Position numbers and translations under genes: made by a program
In this document: positions 8,622 to 17,299 of the stretch, piece by piece
How the letters are laid out: the number at the start of each line of letters is the position of its first letter
How positions within the stretch are numbered: position 1 is the first letter of the stretch
Notes under the pieces: model-generated
Told to the model about the DNA's origin: nothing
Seen by the model: only the letters and a program-made list of their open reading frames with translations
Database searches by the model: none
Origin: Alphaproteobacteria bacterium
Lineage (GTDB): Bacteria; Pseudomonadota; Alphaproteobacteria; Caulobacterales; Caulobacteraceae
DNA length: 43,722 nucleotides
Direction: 5' to 3'
Assembly (NCBI GenBank): GCA_018826885.1
Contig: JAHJYN010000123.1
Location: 1-43,722 of the forward strand

Positions 8622-9690
8622 CCGGGTCTTCATCATCGCCGAGGCGGGGGTGAACCACGACGGCTCGCTGGACGACGCGCTCGCCATGATCGACGTCGCC
8701 GCCGAGGCGGGGGCCGATGCGGTCAAGTTCCAGACCTTCCGCGCCGAGGCGGCCCTGACCGCCCGCGCGCTGAAGGCCGAGTATCAGGTGACCAATACCG
8801 GCGAGGGCGGCACCCAGCTGGACATGGTCCGGCGGCTGGAGCTGAAGCCCGGGGACCATCCGGCGCTGGTCGAGCGCTGCCGGGCGCGCGGCATCGCCTT
8901 CATGTCGACGGCGTTCGATATGGACAGTCTGGCGCTGGTGGCCGGGCTGGGCATGCCGTGGATCAAGATCCCGTCCGGAGACCTGACCTGGGGCGAGATG
9001 CTGATCGCGGCCGCGCGCGTGGGCCCGCCGCTGGCGGTCTCGACCGGGATGGCGACGCTGGAGGAGGTGCGGCAGGCCCTGGCCCTGATCGCCTGGGGCC
9101 GGATGCGCGAGGATCTGCCGCCCGATCTGGAGACGGCACTGGCCGCCTTTGACACCGAGGCGGCGCGGGCGGCCCTTCGAGGACAGGTGGTGCTGTTGCA
9201 CTGCACGACCCAGTATCCGGCGCCGTTATCAGCGGTGAACCTCCGGGCCATGGACACGCTGAGGGACGCGTTCGGCCTGCCGGTCGGCTATTCGGACCAT
9301 ACAATGGGGAGCAGCGTGCCAATCGCCGCCGTCGCGCGTGGCGCGGTCATGATCGAAAAACATTTCACCCTCAGCCGTGATCGTCAGGGGCCCGACCACG
9401 CCGCCTCGCTGGAGCCGGACGAGCTAGCCGCCATGGTCCGCGCCATCCGCGAGGTTGAGCAGGCACTGGGCCGGGCGGAAAAGGCCCCGGCCCCAGAGGA
9501 AATGGCCAACCGGATCGTCGCGCGCCGGTCGCTGGTCGCCACCCGCCCGATCCGCGCCGGAGAGGTGTGGACCCCCGACATGGTGACGGCCAAGCGCCCG
9601 GCCGATGGCATCGACCCCCACGCGGCCTTTGCCCTCTATGGGGTCGTGGCAAACCGCGATTATCAGCCGGATGAGGCGATCGAGCCATGA
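8614..9690 (+). CDS. neuB: Nonulosonic acid synthase NeuB, LegI type
   Basis: IIAEAGVNHDG, GADAVKFQTF, KIPSGD, LLHCTTQYP, GYSDHT, IEKHFTL, GPDH.ASLEP, C-terminal SAF domain. GTG start overlaps neuC. Confidence 0.93.
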   Translation: MADRVFIIAEAGVNHDGSLDDALAMIDVAAEAGADAVKFQTFRAEAALTARALKAEYQVTNTGEGGTQLDMVRRLELKPGDHPALVERCRARGIAFMSTAFDMDSLALVAGLGMPWIKIPSGDLTWGEMLIAAARVGPPLAVSTGMATLEEVRQALALIAWGRMREDLPPDLETALAAFDTEAARAALRGQVVLLHCTTQYPAPLSAVNLRAMDTLRDAFGLPVGYSDHTMGSSVPIAAVARGAVMIEKHFTLSRDRQGPDHAASLEPDELAAMVRAIREVEQALGRAEKAPAPEEMANRIVARRSLVATRPIRAGEVWTPDMVTAKRPADGIDPHAAFALYGVVANRDYQPDEAIEP

Positions 9691-10739
9691 ACCGTTGGCA
9701 ACGCACCCTGGTCGGCCCGGACGCGCCCCTGCGGCAGGCGCTGAAAGCCATCGATTCGGCAGGCGTCGGGATTGCACTGGTGGTCGATGACGGCGGTGTC
9801 CTGCTCGGTACCCTGTCGGACGGCGATGTGCGCCGCGCCCTGATCAACGGGGCGGACCTGGAGCAGGCCTGTCACCCGTTTGTGCACACCACACCGGTCG
9901 TGGCCCCGGATGGTCTGGAGGAGGGCGCGGCCCTGACCATGCTGCGGGCCCGCAAGCTCCGCCAGCTGCCGCGCGTGGACCATGCCGGGCGGGTGACGGG
10001 GCTGACGACTGTCGGCGACCTGCTGGATGTGCCCGAGCGACCCGAGGCCGTGGTCATCATGGCCGGCGGCCGGGGCGAACGGCTGGCCGAGCTGACCCGG
10101 ACGACGCCCAAGCCGATGCTGAACGTCGGCCCGCGCCCGATTCTGGAGACCATCGTCTCCAGCCTGGCCGTACAGGGGTTTCGTCGCATCTTCCTGTCGG
10201 TCAACTACAGGGCCGAGCAGATCGTGGCCCATTTCGGCGACGGCAGCGACCGGGGGCTGACCATCGGCTATCTGCGCGAGGACCAGCCGCTGGGCACCTG
10301 TGGGGCGCTGTCGTTGCTGCCAGCCGAGATCGGGGGGCCGGTGCTGGTCACCAATGGCGATGTGCTGACCCGGGTCGACTATGGCCAGGTTATGGACGGC
10401 CACATTCGCGACGGCGCGGCTGCGACGGTGGTCGTGCGGGACTATGAGATGCAGGTGCCGTTCGGCGTGATCCGGGCCGCAGACGGCCGGATCAGCGGCA
10501 TCGAGGAAAAGCCCAGCCAGGTCTTCAACATCAATGCCGGGGTCTATGTGCTGTCGCGGGCGGCGCTGGGGCTGATTCCGGCGAACCGGCCCTATGACAT
10601 GCCGATGCTGATCCAGGCCCTGATCGACGCGGACCAGCCGGTAAGACCGCACCGGGCCGAGGGCTACTGGCTGGATATCGGCCGCCCGCCCGACTACGAC
10701 CGCGCCAATGCCGAGTTCGGCGCCGTGTTCGGCGGCTGA
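9687..10739 (+). CDS. CBS-domain sugar-1-phosphate nucleotidyltransferase (PtmE-like)
   Basis: N-terminal CBS pair (GTLSDGDVRR), IMAGGRGERL, PKPML, EDQPLGT.G, NGDVLT, EEKP, YWLDIGRP. Confidence 0.88.
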   Translation: MNRWQRTLVGPDAPLRQALKAIDSAGVGIALVVDDGGVLLGTLSDGDVRRALINGADLEQACHPFVHTTPVVAPDGLEEGAALTMLRARKLRQLPRVDHAGRVTGLTTVGDLLDVPERPEAVVIMAGGRGERLAELTRTTPKPMLNVGPRPILETIVSSLAVQGFRRIFLSVNYRAEQIVAHFGDGSDRGLTIGYLREDQPLGTCGALSLLPAEIGGPVLVTNGDVLTRVDYGQVMDGHIRDGAAATVVVRDYEMQVPFGVIRAADGRISGIEEKPSQVFNINAGVYVLSRAALGLIPANRPYDMPMLIQALIDADQPVRPHRAEGYWLDIGRPPDYDRANAEFGAVFGG

Positions 10740-12152
10740 TCAGGCGCGGCGGCCGTTCGGCGTTTGGGCCGTCTTCGGGGCGCTCCGGCGACGGGTCCGT
10801 CCGGGACGCAGTTCTTGGGCGGCGCCCTCGAGGATGGCGCAACACAGGGCGAACACGACCGCGATGGTTTCGGTCCGGAGGGGATAATCCGCGGCCGAGT
10901 GGGCGGCGATCAGCAACAGCGCGACCGAGGCTGCGCGCTGGAGATCGCGGTCGGGATGGCTGCCCGCACGCCAGGCGCTCCACGACCTCCGTCCCCACCA
11001 GACAAATGTGGCGATGACCAGCGCTATGCCCGCCCAGCCGCCTTCCAGCCAGATCTCGAGATAATCATTGTGCGCCTGGTTGAAATAGGCGGCTCTCAGC
11101 GTCTCGACGGGCTCATAGGACCGGTAGACTGGATCAAAGGAGCCCATGCCGGAGCCGAACGGCAGGAAGTCCTGGGCGGCCTGGGCCACGATCAGCCAGC
11201 CATCATAGCGGCCCACGAGTTGGGACTCCCGATCAAAACGATCCAGAATGGGGTCTAGGGCAAACAGGCCGACAACGGCCAGGCCAATAGCGCCGCCGAG
11301 GAACAGCAGCAGGATGGCGGGCCCGGGTCGGCTCCGGCCCGAGGAAATCCAGCCGATCATGAGACCCCCGGCGAGCGCGGGAATGGCGGCCAGAACCCCA
11401 AAGCGCGACTGGATGGCCCCGAGCGCGACAATGATCAGGCCGATGACCAGCCCGCCGGCCCAGAGTCTGAGGTTCGCGCTTCGATCCCGGCTGTTGAGGC
11501 CCCTTCCGGCCAGGGCCGCGGCGAAGGGAATGGCCACGAGGGAGAGGGTCGCCATATGGTTCCGGTTGGCAAAGAAGCCGACCAGCGAGCCGAAATTGGT
11601 GGTTTCCCACGGATAGACCGCGCGACTGTTGAGCGTGATCTGGAGCGCGCCCAGCAGGATCGCGACGATCACAAAGCCAAGTACAATCCAGATAAAGCGC
11701 GCCAGCACCCGCCGTTCAAGGCCCATAGCGGCAATCAGCATGGCCAGCGGCGGCAGGATGGCCAGAAAGGCCTGCCAGGTCCGGTCAGGGGTCAGTGACA
11801 GCGGCAACCAGGCGGGGGCGATGCCCGCGAGCTCGAGCGCCGTGACGGCGCTCTCCCGTCCCGGCAGGGAGGCCCAGAATGAGAAGGGCAGAGGGATGAG
11901 TTGAACAAGAGGAAGCAGGGCGGCCAGACCCGCCAGCGACAGCAGGAACCGGTGGTCTCGCCAGACGCCTGTTGCGGCCAGACGATAAAGCCCCAGTCCG
12001 AGGACGGGCAGGGCGGCCAGCTCGATGGCGGCCAGAGGCACCAGATGCGCGCGGCTGGCTCCGCCCAGGAACAAAGAAAAAGCCAGCAGAACACCGGCCG
12101 CAATGGCCAAAGCATTCCACTGGCTTGTTCGTTTCAGAAACGACCCGCTCAC
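10740..12152 (-). CDS. O-antigen ligase / Wzy_C family membrane protein, possibly oligosaccharyltransferase-like
   Basis: Many TM segments, GFFANRNH, SRFG, P.GSGMGSF, QAHNDYLE.W.EGG, HSAADYPLR. Confidence 0.85.
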   Translation of the reverse strand: MSGSFLKRTSQWNALAIAAGVLLAFSLFLGGASRAHLVPLAAIELAALPVLGLGLYRLAATGVWRDHRFLLSLAGLAALLPLVQLIPLPFSFWASLPGRESAVTALELAGIAPAWLPLSLTPDRTWQAFLAILPPLAMLIAAMGLERRVLARFIWIVLGFVIVAILLGALQITLNSRAVYPWETTNFGSLVGFFANRNHMATLSLVAIPFAAALAGRGLNSRDRSANLRLWAGGLVIGLIIVALGAIQSRFGVLAAIPALAGGLMIGWISSGRSRPGPAILLLFLGGAIGLAVVGLFALDPILDRFDRESQLVGRYDGWLIVAQAAQDFLPFGSGMGSFDPVYRSYEPVETLRAAYFNQAHNDYLEIWLEGGWAGIALVIATFVWWGRRSWSAWRAGSHPDRDLQRAASVALLLIAAHSAADYPLRTETIAVVFALCCAILEGAAQELRPGRTRRRSAPKTAQTPNGRRA

Positions 12153-12180
12153 TTACGCACTCGGAAACTGAGCGGGATCG
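12141..12180 (-). terminator. Stem-loop between small peptide gene and ligase gene, covering the ligase GTG start
   Basis: Arms CCCGCTCA (12144-12151) and TGAGCGGG (12169-12176), extended by CGA/TCG. On the minus strand it is followed by TTTCTG. Confidence 0.5.
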
Positions 12181-12186
12181 AAACTC

Positions 12187-12417
12187 TTACGGGCTGGTCG
12201 GCGCGTCGTCGTCCGAAGCAACCGAGATCACACCCACCAGAACGGCGGTGCCGATCAGGAGGACGGGCAACGGGATGCCCATGAAGTCGTTGGCAGCTTG
12301 CGCACGGGCACCGACACGATCGCCGACGCGCTCAACAGCGCTGTTATTTCCGGCGGCAACGGCTTGGCCTGCGATCAAAAGCAGACCCACCGAGGCAGCA
12401 GCGATGGTCTTACGCAT
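12187..12417 (-). CDS. 76-aa secreted peptide: signal peptide, linker, hydrophobic helix, acidic SDDDAPTSP tail
   Basis: Strong SD (AAAGGGGAA), AVA|A signal peptidase site, fits cleanly between two genes, CGT/GCT/GTT codons of the kind seen in highly expressed genes. Confidence 0.85.
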   Translation of the reverse strand: MRKTIAAASVGLLLIAGQAVAAGNNSAVERVGDRVGARAQAANDFMGIPLPVLLIGTAVLVGVISVASDDDAPTSP

Positions 12418-12445
12418 GCAATTCCCCTTTGAACAAAATCATTAC

Positions 12446-12502
12446 GCGGGTTTCCCCGCTCCTGTGAGAATGTGTTTAGGTCGTTTGGGTTGCGCAAGGC
12501 AA
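12446..12502 (-). promoter_or_regulatory. Candidate internal promoter and 5'-UTR GNRA hairpin for the small peptide gene
   Basis: Minus strand TTGCCT-N18-TAAACA (12502-12473), then GCGGG-GAAA-CCCGC (12459-12446), in a 149-bp AT-richer spacer. Confidence 0.35.
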
Positions 12503-12566
12503 GTCAAAAAGCGCTCCAAAAGACCCAAAAAGTGACTCTGGGGCATCCTGTGGCGGATTGGCACCG

Positions 12567-13844
12567 TCACTGGACCGCCACAATCTCAAGGTGTGAAAAC
12601 CATATGACAAGGTCGGTCCGGCGCCCGGGGTTCTCGCCGACCAGCTGAAGCGACTGGCTGTCACACCCGTCGGCAGGCACCTGAAACTCCATGGAAAAGG
12701 GCGTCCAGGTCTCGCTCGCCGCGGCGGTAGATCTCGTCGGAGCACCAAAGACAGCTTCACCCGCCGGACGCGCAGCCCCCTGACAGACCAGCTGCCAAGA
12801 GAAGGTCATTTCGCTTGTCCCGAACTCCCAGCGGGATCGCCCGAGCAGTCGATAGCGCCCGGGCGGCAGCAGGGTTATCTGCCGGGCCAGCACATCCCGG
12901 CTCTGGCCGTTGTGGCCTATTCGAAGGGCACCCGAGGGGAGGGCGTCGGCATTGGTTGTGTCCGGCGGGCCTGCATCGGCCAGGGCCGCGACGGAATAGC
13001 CGGCACCAACCGCCAGATCCCAGCCAAAGGGCAGGATCGCGGACTCAGCCTCAAATCGTCCATCGATCAGGGTCTGTCCGGCCGTGGGGCGGTCGAGGGC
13101 CGTGCGGACCTGGCGAAGGGCCCCGATCTGGCCCGCCGAATAGAGGCGTTGATACAGCTGTTGAAGTTCGCCGTCGGAAAAGCGGCCGTCGCTGTCCGCC
13201 ATGACCATGGCGAGCTGGGCGGCAAGCGCGACGCCGCCGTCGCGCTGGTAGAGGCTGCTGATGAAGGCGGCACGCCACGGCGGACTGTCCGCCAGCTCAC
13301 CCGCGAGGAAGGGCACGGACCTGGGGTCTGTTTCCATGGCCGTGCCGAAAAGGTCGAAGACCTGCGGGCGCAGTTCAGCCCGCCGTCGCACCAGCGTATC
13401 GGCATGGGCAAAGGCAGATCCATAGTCCCCGCGCCGCAGGCGGTTGTCGATCAACCAGCTGTGCGAACTGTCATCGCGAAGACTCCAGTTGCCGGCGAGT
13501 GTGAGCAGGTCATCCGCCAGAGCCCGGTCGCCGGTCTCGCCCTCGACCAGGCCTACGACCCGCAGGGCCTGAAGGTTGAACGGCGCGCGCTCCAGAGCCA
13601 TGCGAGCCAGTGCATCGGCATTGTCCATCCGGCCTGCGCGCCATTCCGCTTCGGACGCCTCGGCCAGCACCACGGCAGATCCGGGACTGAGCCGCACGGC
13701 GTGCTCAGCCGGGGCCCGATCCGCGAGCGGCACCAGAACCACCTGCCAACCCAGCCAGATGAGCCCAATGGCCAGTCCGACGGCGCCATAGCCAAGAAGG
13801 GGCGAGGCCTTGGGCGGAATGGGCTCGTCCAGTCCGTCCGTCAT
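12567..13844 (-). CDS. Membrane-anchored TPR-like protein with C-terminal carbohydrate-binding-like jelly-roll domain
   Basis: N-terminal TM, helical repeats (ALARMALERAP.N..AL), C-terminal LIDGRFE...PFGW...LLPPGRYRL...WTPFSMEFQVP..C...IWFSHLEI. TGATG overlap with wzc. Confidence 0.75.
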   Translation of the reverse strand: MTDGLDEPIPPKASPLLGYGAVGLAIGLIWLGWQVVLVPLADRAPAEHAVRLSPGSAVVLAEASEAEWRAGRMDNADALARMALERAPFNLQALRVVGLVEGETGDRALADDLLTLAGNWSLRDDSSHSWLIDNRLRRGDYGSAFAHADTLVRRRAELRPQVFDLFGTAMETDPRSVPFLAGELADSPPWRAAFISSLYQRDGGVALAAQLAMVMADSDGRFSDGELQQLYQRLYSAGQIGALRQVRTALDRPTAGQTLIDGRFEAESAILPFGWDLAVGAGYSVAALADAGPPDTTNADALPSGALRIGHNGQSRDVLARQITLLPPGRYRLLGRSRWEFGTSEMTFSWQLVCQGAARPAGEAVFGAPTRSTAAASETWTPFSMEFQVPADGCDSQSLQLVGENPGRRTDLVIWFSHLEIVAVQ

Positions 13845-16075
13845 CAGGACTTGCGCCCTTTCACCTCGGACGAGGATTTGGCGCCATAATCATAATCATA
13901 GCTGTAGTCATAGCCCTCATTCCGGGTCTTGCTGGCCTGGAATTTGGTCAGCACCGCCCCGAGCACGTTAGCGCGGCCGAAGTTGAGCCGGCGAAGCGCC
14001 CCGAGCGCCTGACGCCGCCCCGTCCCGCGCGACTCCAGCACAAACAGGGTGCCTTCAACGGACGAGGACAGCAGCGGTGCATCGGCAAAGCCCAGCACCG
14101 GCGGGCCGTCGATCACCACATGATCATAGATGGCCAGCGCCTGATCGAGCAGGACCTGCAGTCGATCCCCGGACCAGAGCTCGGCCGGATTGGGCGGCAG
14201 GGGACCACAGGGTATGAAGTCGAGCGTGGCGAAGGGGGTTTTGCGAACCACGCCCTGCAGCTCGGCAGACCCGGACAGGAAATTGCTCATCCCCTGGCTG
14301 TTATCCATCTCCAGCACGCGGTGCATGGAAGGATTGCGCAGGTCGCCGTCGACCAGAAGCACCCGTTTGCCGGTCCGCGACAGGTTGAGCGCGGTGGCAA
14401 AGGCGGTGGTCGACTTGCCCTCGCCCGGCCGGGCACTGGTCAGCAGCAGCGACTTGGGCGCCCCATGCGAGGTGGTAAATTGCAGCGCTGTCCGGAGCGA
14501 ATAATAGGCTTCCGAGAAGGGCGACCTGACATCGCGCAGGGCCGAAATGGCATCCTCGTCCTTGGCGAGCAGCGGAATGTTGCCCAGCCCCGGCAGGCCC
14601 AGTTTTTCTTCCACATCGCCCGGAGTGGTGATCGAGTCATCCAGCGCCTCGATCAGGAAGGCGGCGACCACGCCCAAGCCTAGGCCCAGCACAAAGGCGA
14701 GGGCGAGGTTCAGAGGCAGTTTGGGGCTCGACGGGGTCTTGGGCGCAATGGCGCGGTCGATCAGGGAGACGTTGTTGGCGGTCACACCGCCCGTCACACC
14801 CACTTCCTTGTAGCGTTGCAGCAGGCCATCGTAGAGCTGTCGGCTGGTATCGAGCTCGCGCAGGAGGATGTTGTACTCCACGCTGCGATCGCTGAGGTCC
14901 AGAACGTCGGTGCTCAGGCCGTTGACGCGGCTTTGGAGGGCGCGTTCCTGATTGAGCGCGATCTCATACTGGGCGCGAATACCGTCGCGAATGGAAACAG
15001 CCAGACTGCGGATCTGGTTGTCGAGTTCGTCGATGCGGTTCTGCAGTTCGACCATTTCCGGATAGTCGGCCTGCAGCACGCTTGATTTCTGCTGATACTC
15101 GGCCTCGACCGCGACGCGCTGGGCGACCATGGCCTGAATCGCCGGGCTGGCAATGACTTCCGGGATCGACATCAGCGATGCGCCCCGGGCCTGACGCCAG
15201 CGCTCCTCGGCCGAAATCCGGTCCACGCGCGCTTGCGAGAGCGCTTCGTTGATCGTCGACAGGCTGTTGGCGGCCAGCGAGCGCTGGGCACCGGTCCCGG
15301 CATTGGTGCTGTCCTCCAGGCGGATGATCTGCTGATCGTCCGCATACTGGACCAGCTGGCGTTCCGTCGCTTCCAGCTTGGCCTTGGTCTCGGCGATCCG
15401 CTCCTCAAGGAACTCGCGCACATAGAGAGAGGCGTCGAACTTCCGATCGAGGTTCGACTGGATGTAGTTTTCGGCTATGGCATTGGCCATCCGCGCCGAG
15501 ACGGCAGCGCTCGGGCTGCTAAAGGTGATCTCGACGAGCCGGGAGTCGCGCTGCGAGGAAACGTCGAGGCCGTCGGCGATCAAGTCGATGACCATTTCGC
15601 GGCGCCGGGCCATCTGCTGGGCTGCCGTTTCACCGTCGCGGGCTTCGAACTCGCCGCCCATCTGCTCGATGAACACGTCGGAACTGGCGAGGCCGAGGCT
15701 GTCGATGACGCGCTCCGCCAGGGACCGGCTGCGGATCAAACCATATTGCGTCTGGAAGAACTCCACCGAAAAGCGGAGGTCGGCCGCGCCGGTCTCCTCG
15801 GAGTCCAGGACGCGGGTCGCTTCACGGTCAATCTGGACCGTGGCCGCCGCTGTATAGGTGGGCGGGGTCAAGAGCGTGATGACGAGGCCGATGACAACGG
15901 CCGCCAGCACCGAACCCGCGATCAGCAGCCGGTGCTTCATCAGCATCGCCCAGTATTTCGCGAGGTCCAGTTCGACTTCGCGTTCCACCGACTCACCGAA
16001 ATGATCGGAGCCTTGATCCCGCAGCGACGGTCCTGCCTGCATCATCTCGCCAGATCCGCGACCCTCGGCCATCAT
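13844..16075 (-). CDS. wzc: Polysaccharide co-polymerase / BY-kinase Wzc (GumC family)
   Basis: Wzz-like TM + P.YTA.A, periplasmic coiled coils, P..PSSP-TM2, Walker A GEGKST, A' VDGDLR, B VIDGPP, Tyr cluster GYDYSYDYDYG. Start reset to ATG 16075/16072 after AGGA. Confidence 0.93.
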   Translation of the reverse strand: MMAEGRGSGEMMQAGPSLRDQGSDHFGESVEREVELDLAKYWAMLMKHRLLIAGSVLAAVVIGLVITLLTPPTYTAAATVQIDREATRVLDSEETGAADLRFSVEFFQTQYGLIRSRSLAERVIDSLGLASSDVFIEQMGGEFEARDGETAAQQMARRREMVIDLIADGLDVSSQRDSRLVEITFSSPSAAVSARMANAIAENYIQSNLDRKFDASLYVREFLEERIAETKAKLEATERQLVQYADDQQIIRLEDSTNAGTGAQRSLAANSLSTINEALSQARVDRISAEERWRQARGASLMSIPEVIASPAIQAMVAQRVAVEAEYQQKSSVLQADYPEMVELQNRIDELDNQIRSLAVSIRDGIRAQYEIALNQERALQSRVNGLSTDVLDLSDRSVEYNILLRELDTSRQLYDGLLQRYKEVGVTGGVTANNVSLIDRAIAPKTPSSPKLPLNLALAFVLGLGLGVVAAFLIEALDDSITTPGDVEEKLGLPGLGNIPLLAKDEDAISALRDVRSPFSEAYYSLRTALQFTTSHGAPKSLLLTSARPGEGKSTTAFATALNLSRTGKRVLLVDGDLRNPSMHRVLEMDNSQGMSNFLSGSAELQGVVRKTPFATLDFIPCGPLPPNPAELWSGDRLQVLLDQALAIYDHVVIDGPPVLGFADAPLLSSSVEGTLFVLESRGTGRRQALGALRRLNFGRANVLGAVLTKFQASKTRNEGYDYSYDYDYGAKSSSEVKGRKS

Positions 16076-16261
16076 CACATCCTGATACTGAACGTACGCG
16101 CGCCTGCCCCGCGGGCGCTTCCAGAGGGCTGATACCGTATACTTACCCGGGGGGCGAGACGTGAAATCAATCGATTGGCGCATTGGGTGACGATTGGCGC
16201 CGCCACTGTCGCAGGCAGACCATACCGGCCAGCCGACACGGTCTTCCGAAACGGCCGGATA

Positions 16262-17290
16262 TCAGGGGATCAGGGGTTGGCGGGCCTCACGGAGGACCGC
16301 AATCTCTTCGGCCACGCCTTCCAGCGACTGGATGCGTTCGCCCGCCGAGGGGTGCCCCCACTGCACCAACCGCAATTGGGGAAGGCGTGCCGACAGCATG
16401 CGCCAGTAGGGTCCGGCCCGCGCGGGGTCGTAACCGGCCCGGGCCGACAGAAACAGGCCCACACGGTCGGCGTCCCGCTCGGCCCGGACCAGTTCCCAAG
16501 GCGCGACCCCCCAGTTGCCGAGCACATCGCGGGCGAGCCCGACCTCATCAAAATAGGCCCGGTGATCGAGAATATTATGAGCTAGTTCATGACCCAGAAC
16601 GACAGCAAGGTCGTCGTCCAGCGGGCTCAAAGCCGCCAGGGCTGAGCTGATGAACACCCGTTCGCCATCGCCCTTCGCATAAAAGTCCGGCGACGGATCA
16701 AGCTGGAACGGATAGGCGCAACCCGGAACACTGCCGAGCCGCAGGGTGAGGCGCTGGCCGTTCCGCTCCACCCCGAGTTCGGCCGAGCCGTCCTGGAGCG
16801 CGTCGGTCAATCGGGTCAGATTCGCGGACAAGCCGTCGAACCCTGCGGCCCCCACAGGGCCTCCTCCCATAAAGGATTGGCCGTCCGCAGAAAGGAGTAG
16901 ATCGCCAACTCTCAGGCCGGCGTCGGCGGCGGGACTGTCCGGTACGACGGCCGCAACGCCGGGCAGGTCGCCCTTTAGCTGCCAGTCTTCGCGGGCGGCG
17001 GCCCGCAAATAGTCCGCGTACTGGCTTTCGGCGTGGAGAAGCAGGCCGGTGATCGGCCCGGTTCTTGGACAAAGTTCGACATTGGCCACCGAGAGGCGGA
17101 ACCCCACGGCATTGACCCGGGCATCGAGTGCATTGAGCGCCTTCAGGCGATCCGAGGGCGTCTCGATGGCGACCCCTGAGCCATAGGCGTCGGGCGGAAC
17201 GGGGCCTTCGGTCCTACAGGCCACAACAAGCAAGCAAGCGCTGACGAGGGCAGCGGTCCGTGCGCAGGGGGGCGTCCCGCAGCTAGTCAT
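16262..17290 (-). CDS. M48-family Zn metallopeptidase with PDZ domain, probable lipoprotein
   Basis: LLVVAC lipobox-like, PDZ (V.PDSPAADAGLRVGD), GHELAHN (HExxH), E..ADR.G, AGYDP, HPS..ERI. Confidence 0.82.
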   Translation of the reverse strand: MTSCGTPPCARTAALVSACLLVVACRTEGPVPPDAYGSGVAIETPSDRLKALNALDARVNAVGFRLSVANVELCPRTGPITGLLLHAESQYADYLRAAAREDWQLKGDLPGVAAVVPDSPAADAGLRVGDLLLSADGQSFMGGGPVGAAGFDGLSANLTRLTDALQDGSAELGVERNGQRLTLRLGSVPGCAYPFQLDPSPDFYAKGDGERVFISSALAALSPLDDDLAVVLGHELAHNILDHRAYFDEVGLARDVLGNWGVAPWELVRAERDADRVGLFLSARAGYDPARAGPYWRMLSARLPQLRLVQWGHPSAGERIQSLEGVAEEIAVLREARQPLIP

Positions 17291-17299
17291 CTCCGGTGA

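Noticed and set aside
12187-12417. Small peptide as Flp pilin, PEP-CTERM protein or RiPP precursor
   Set aside because: No G|xxxxEY prepilin motif, no PEP motif or basic tail, no exosortase or RiPP maturase in the window.
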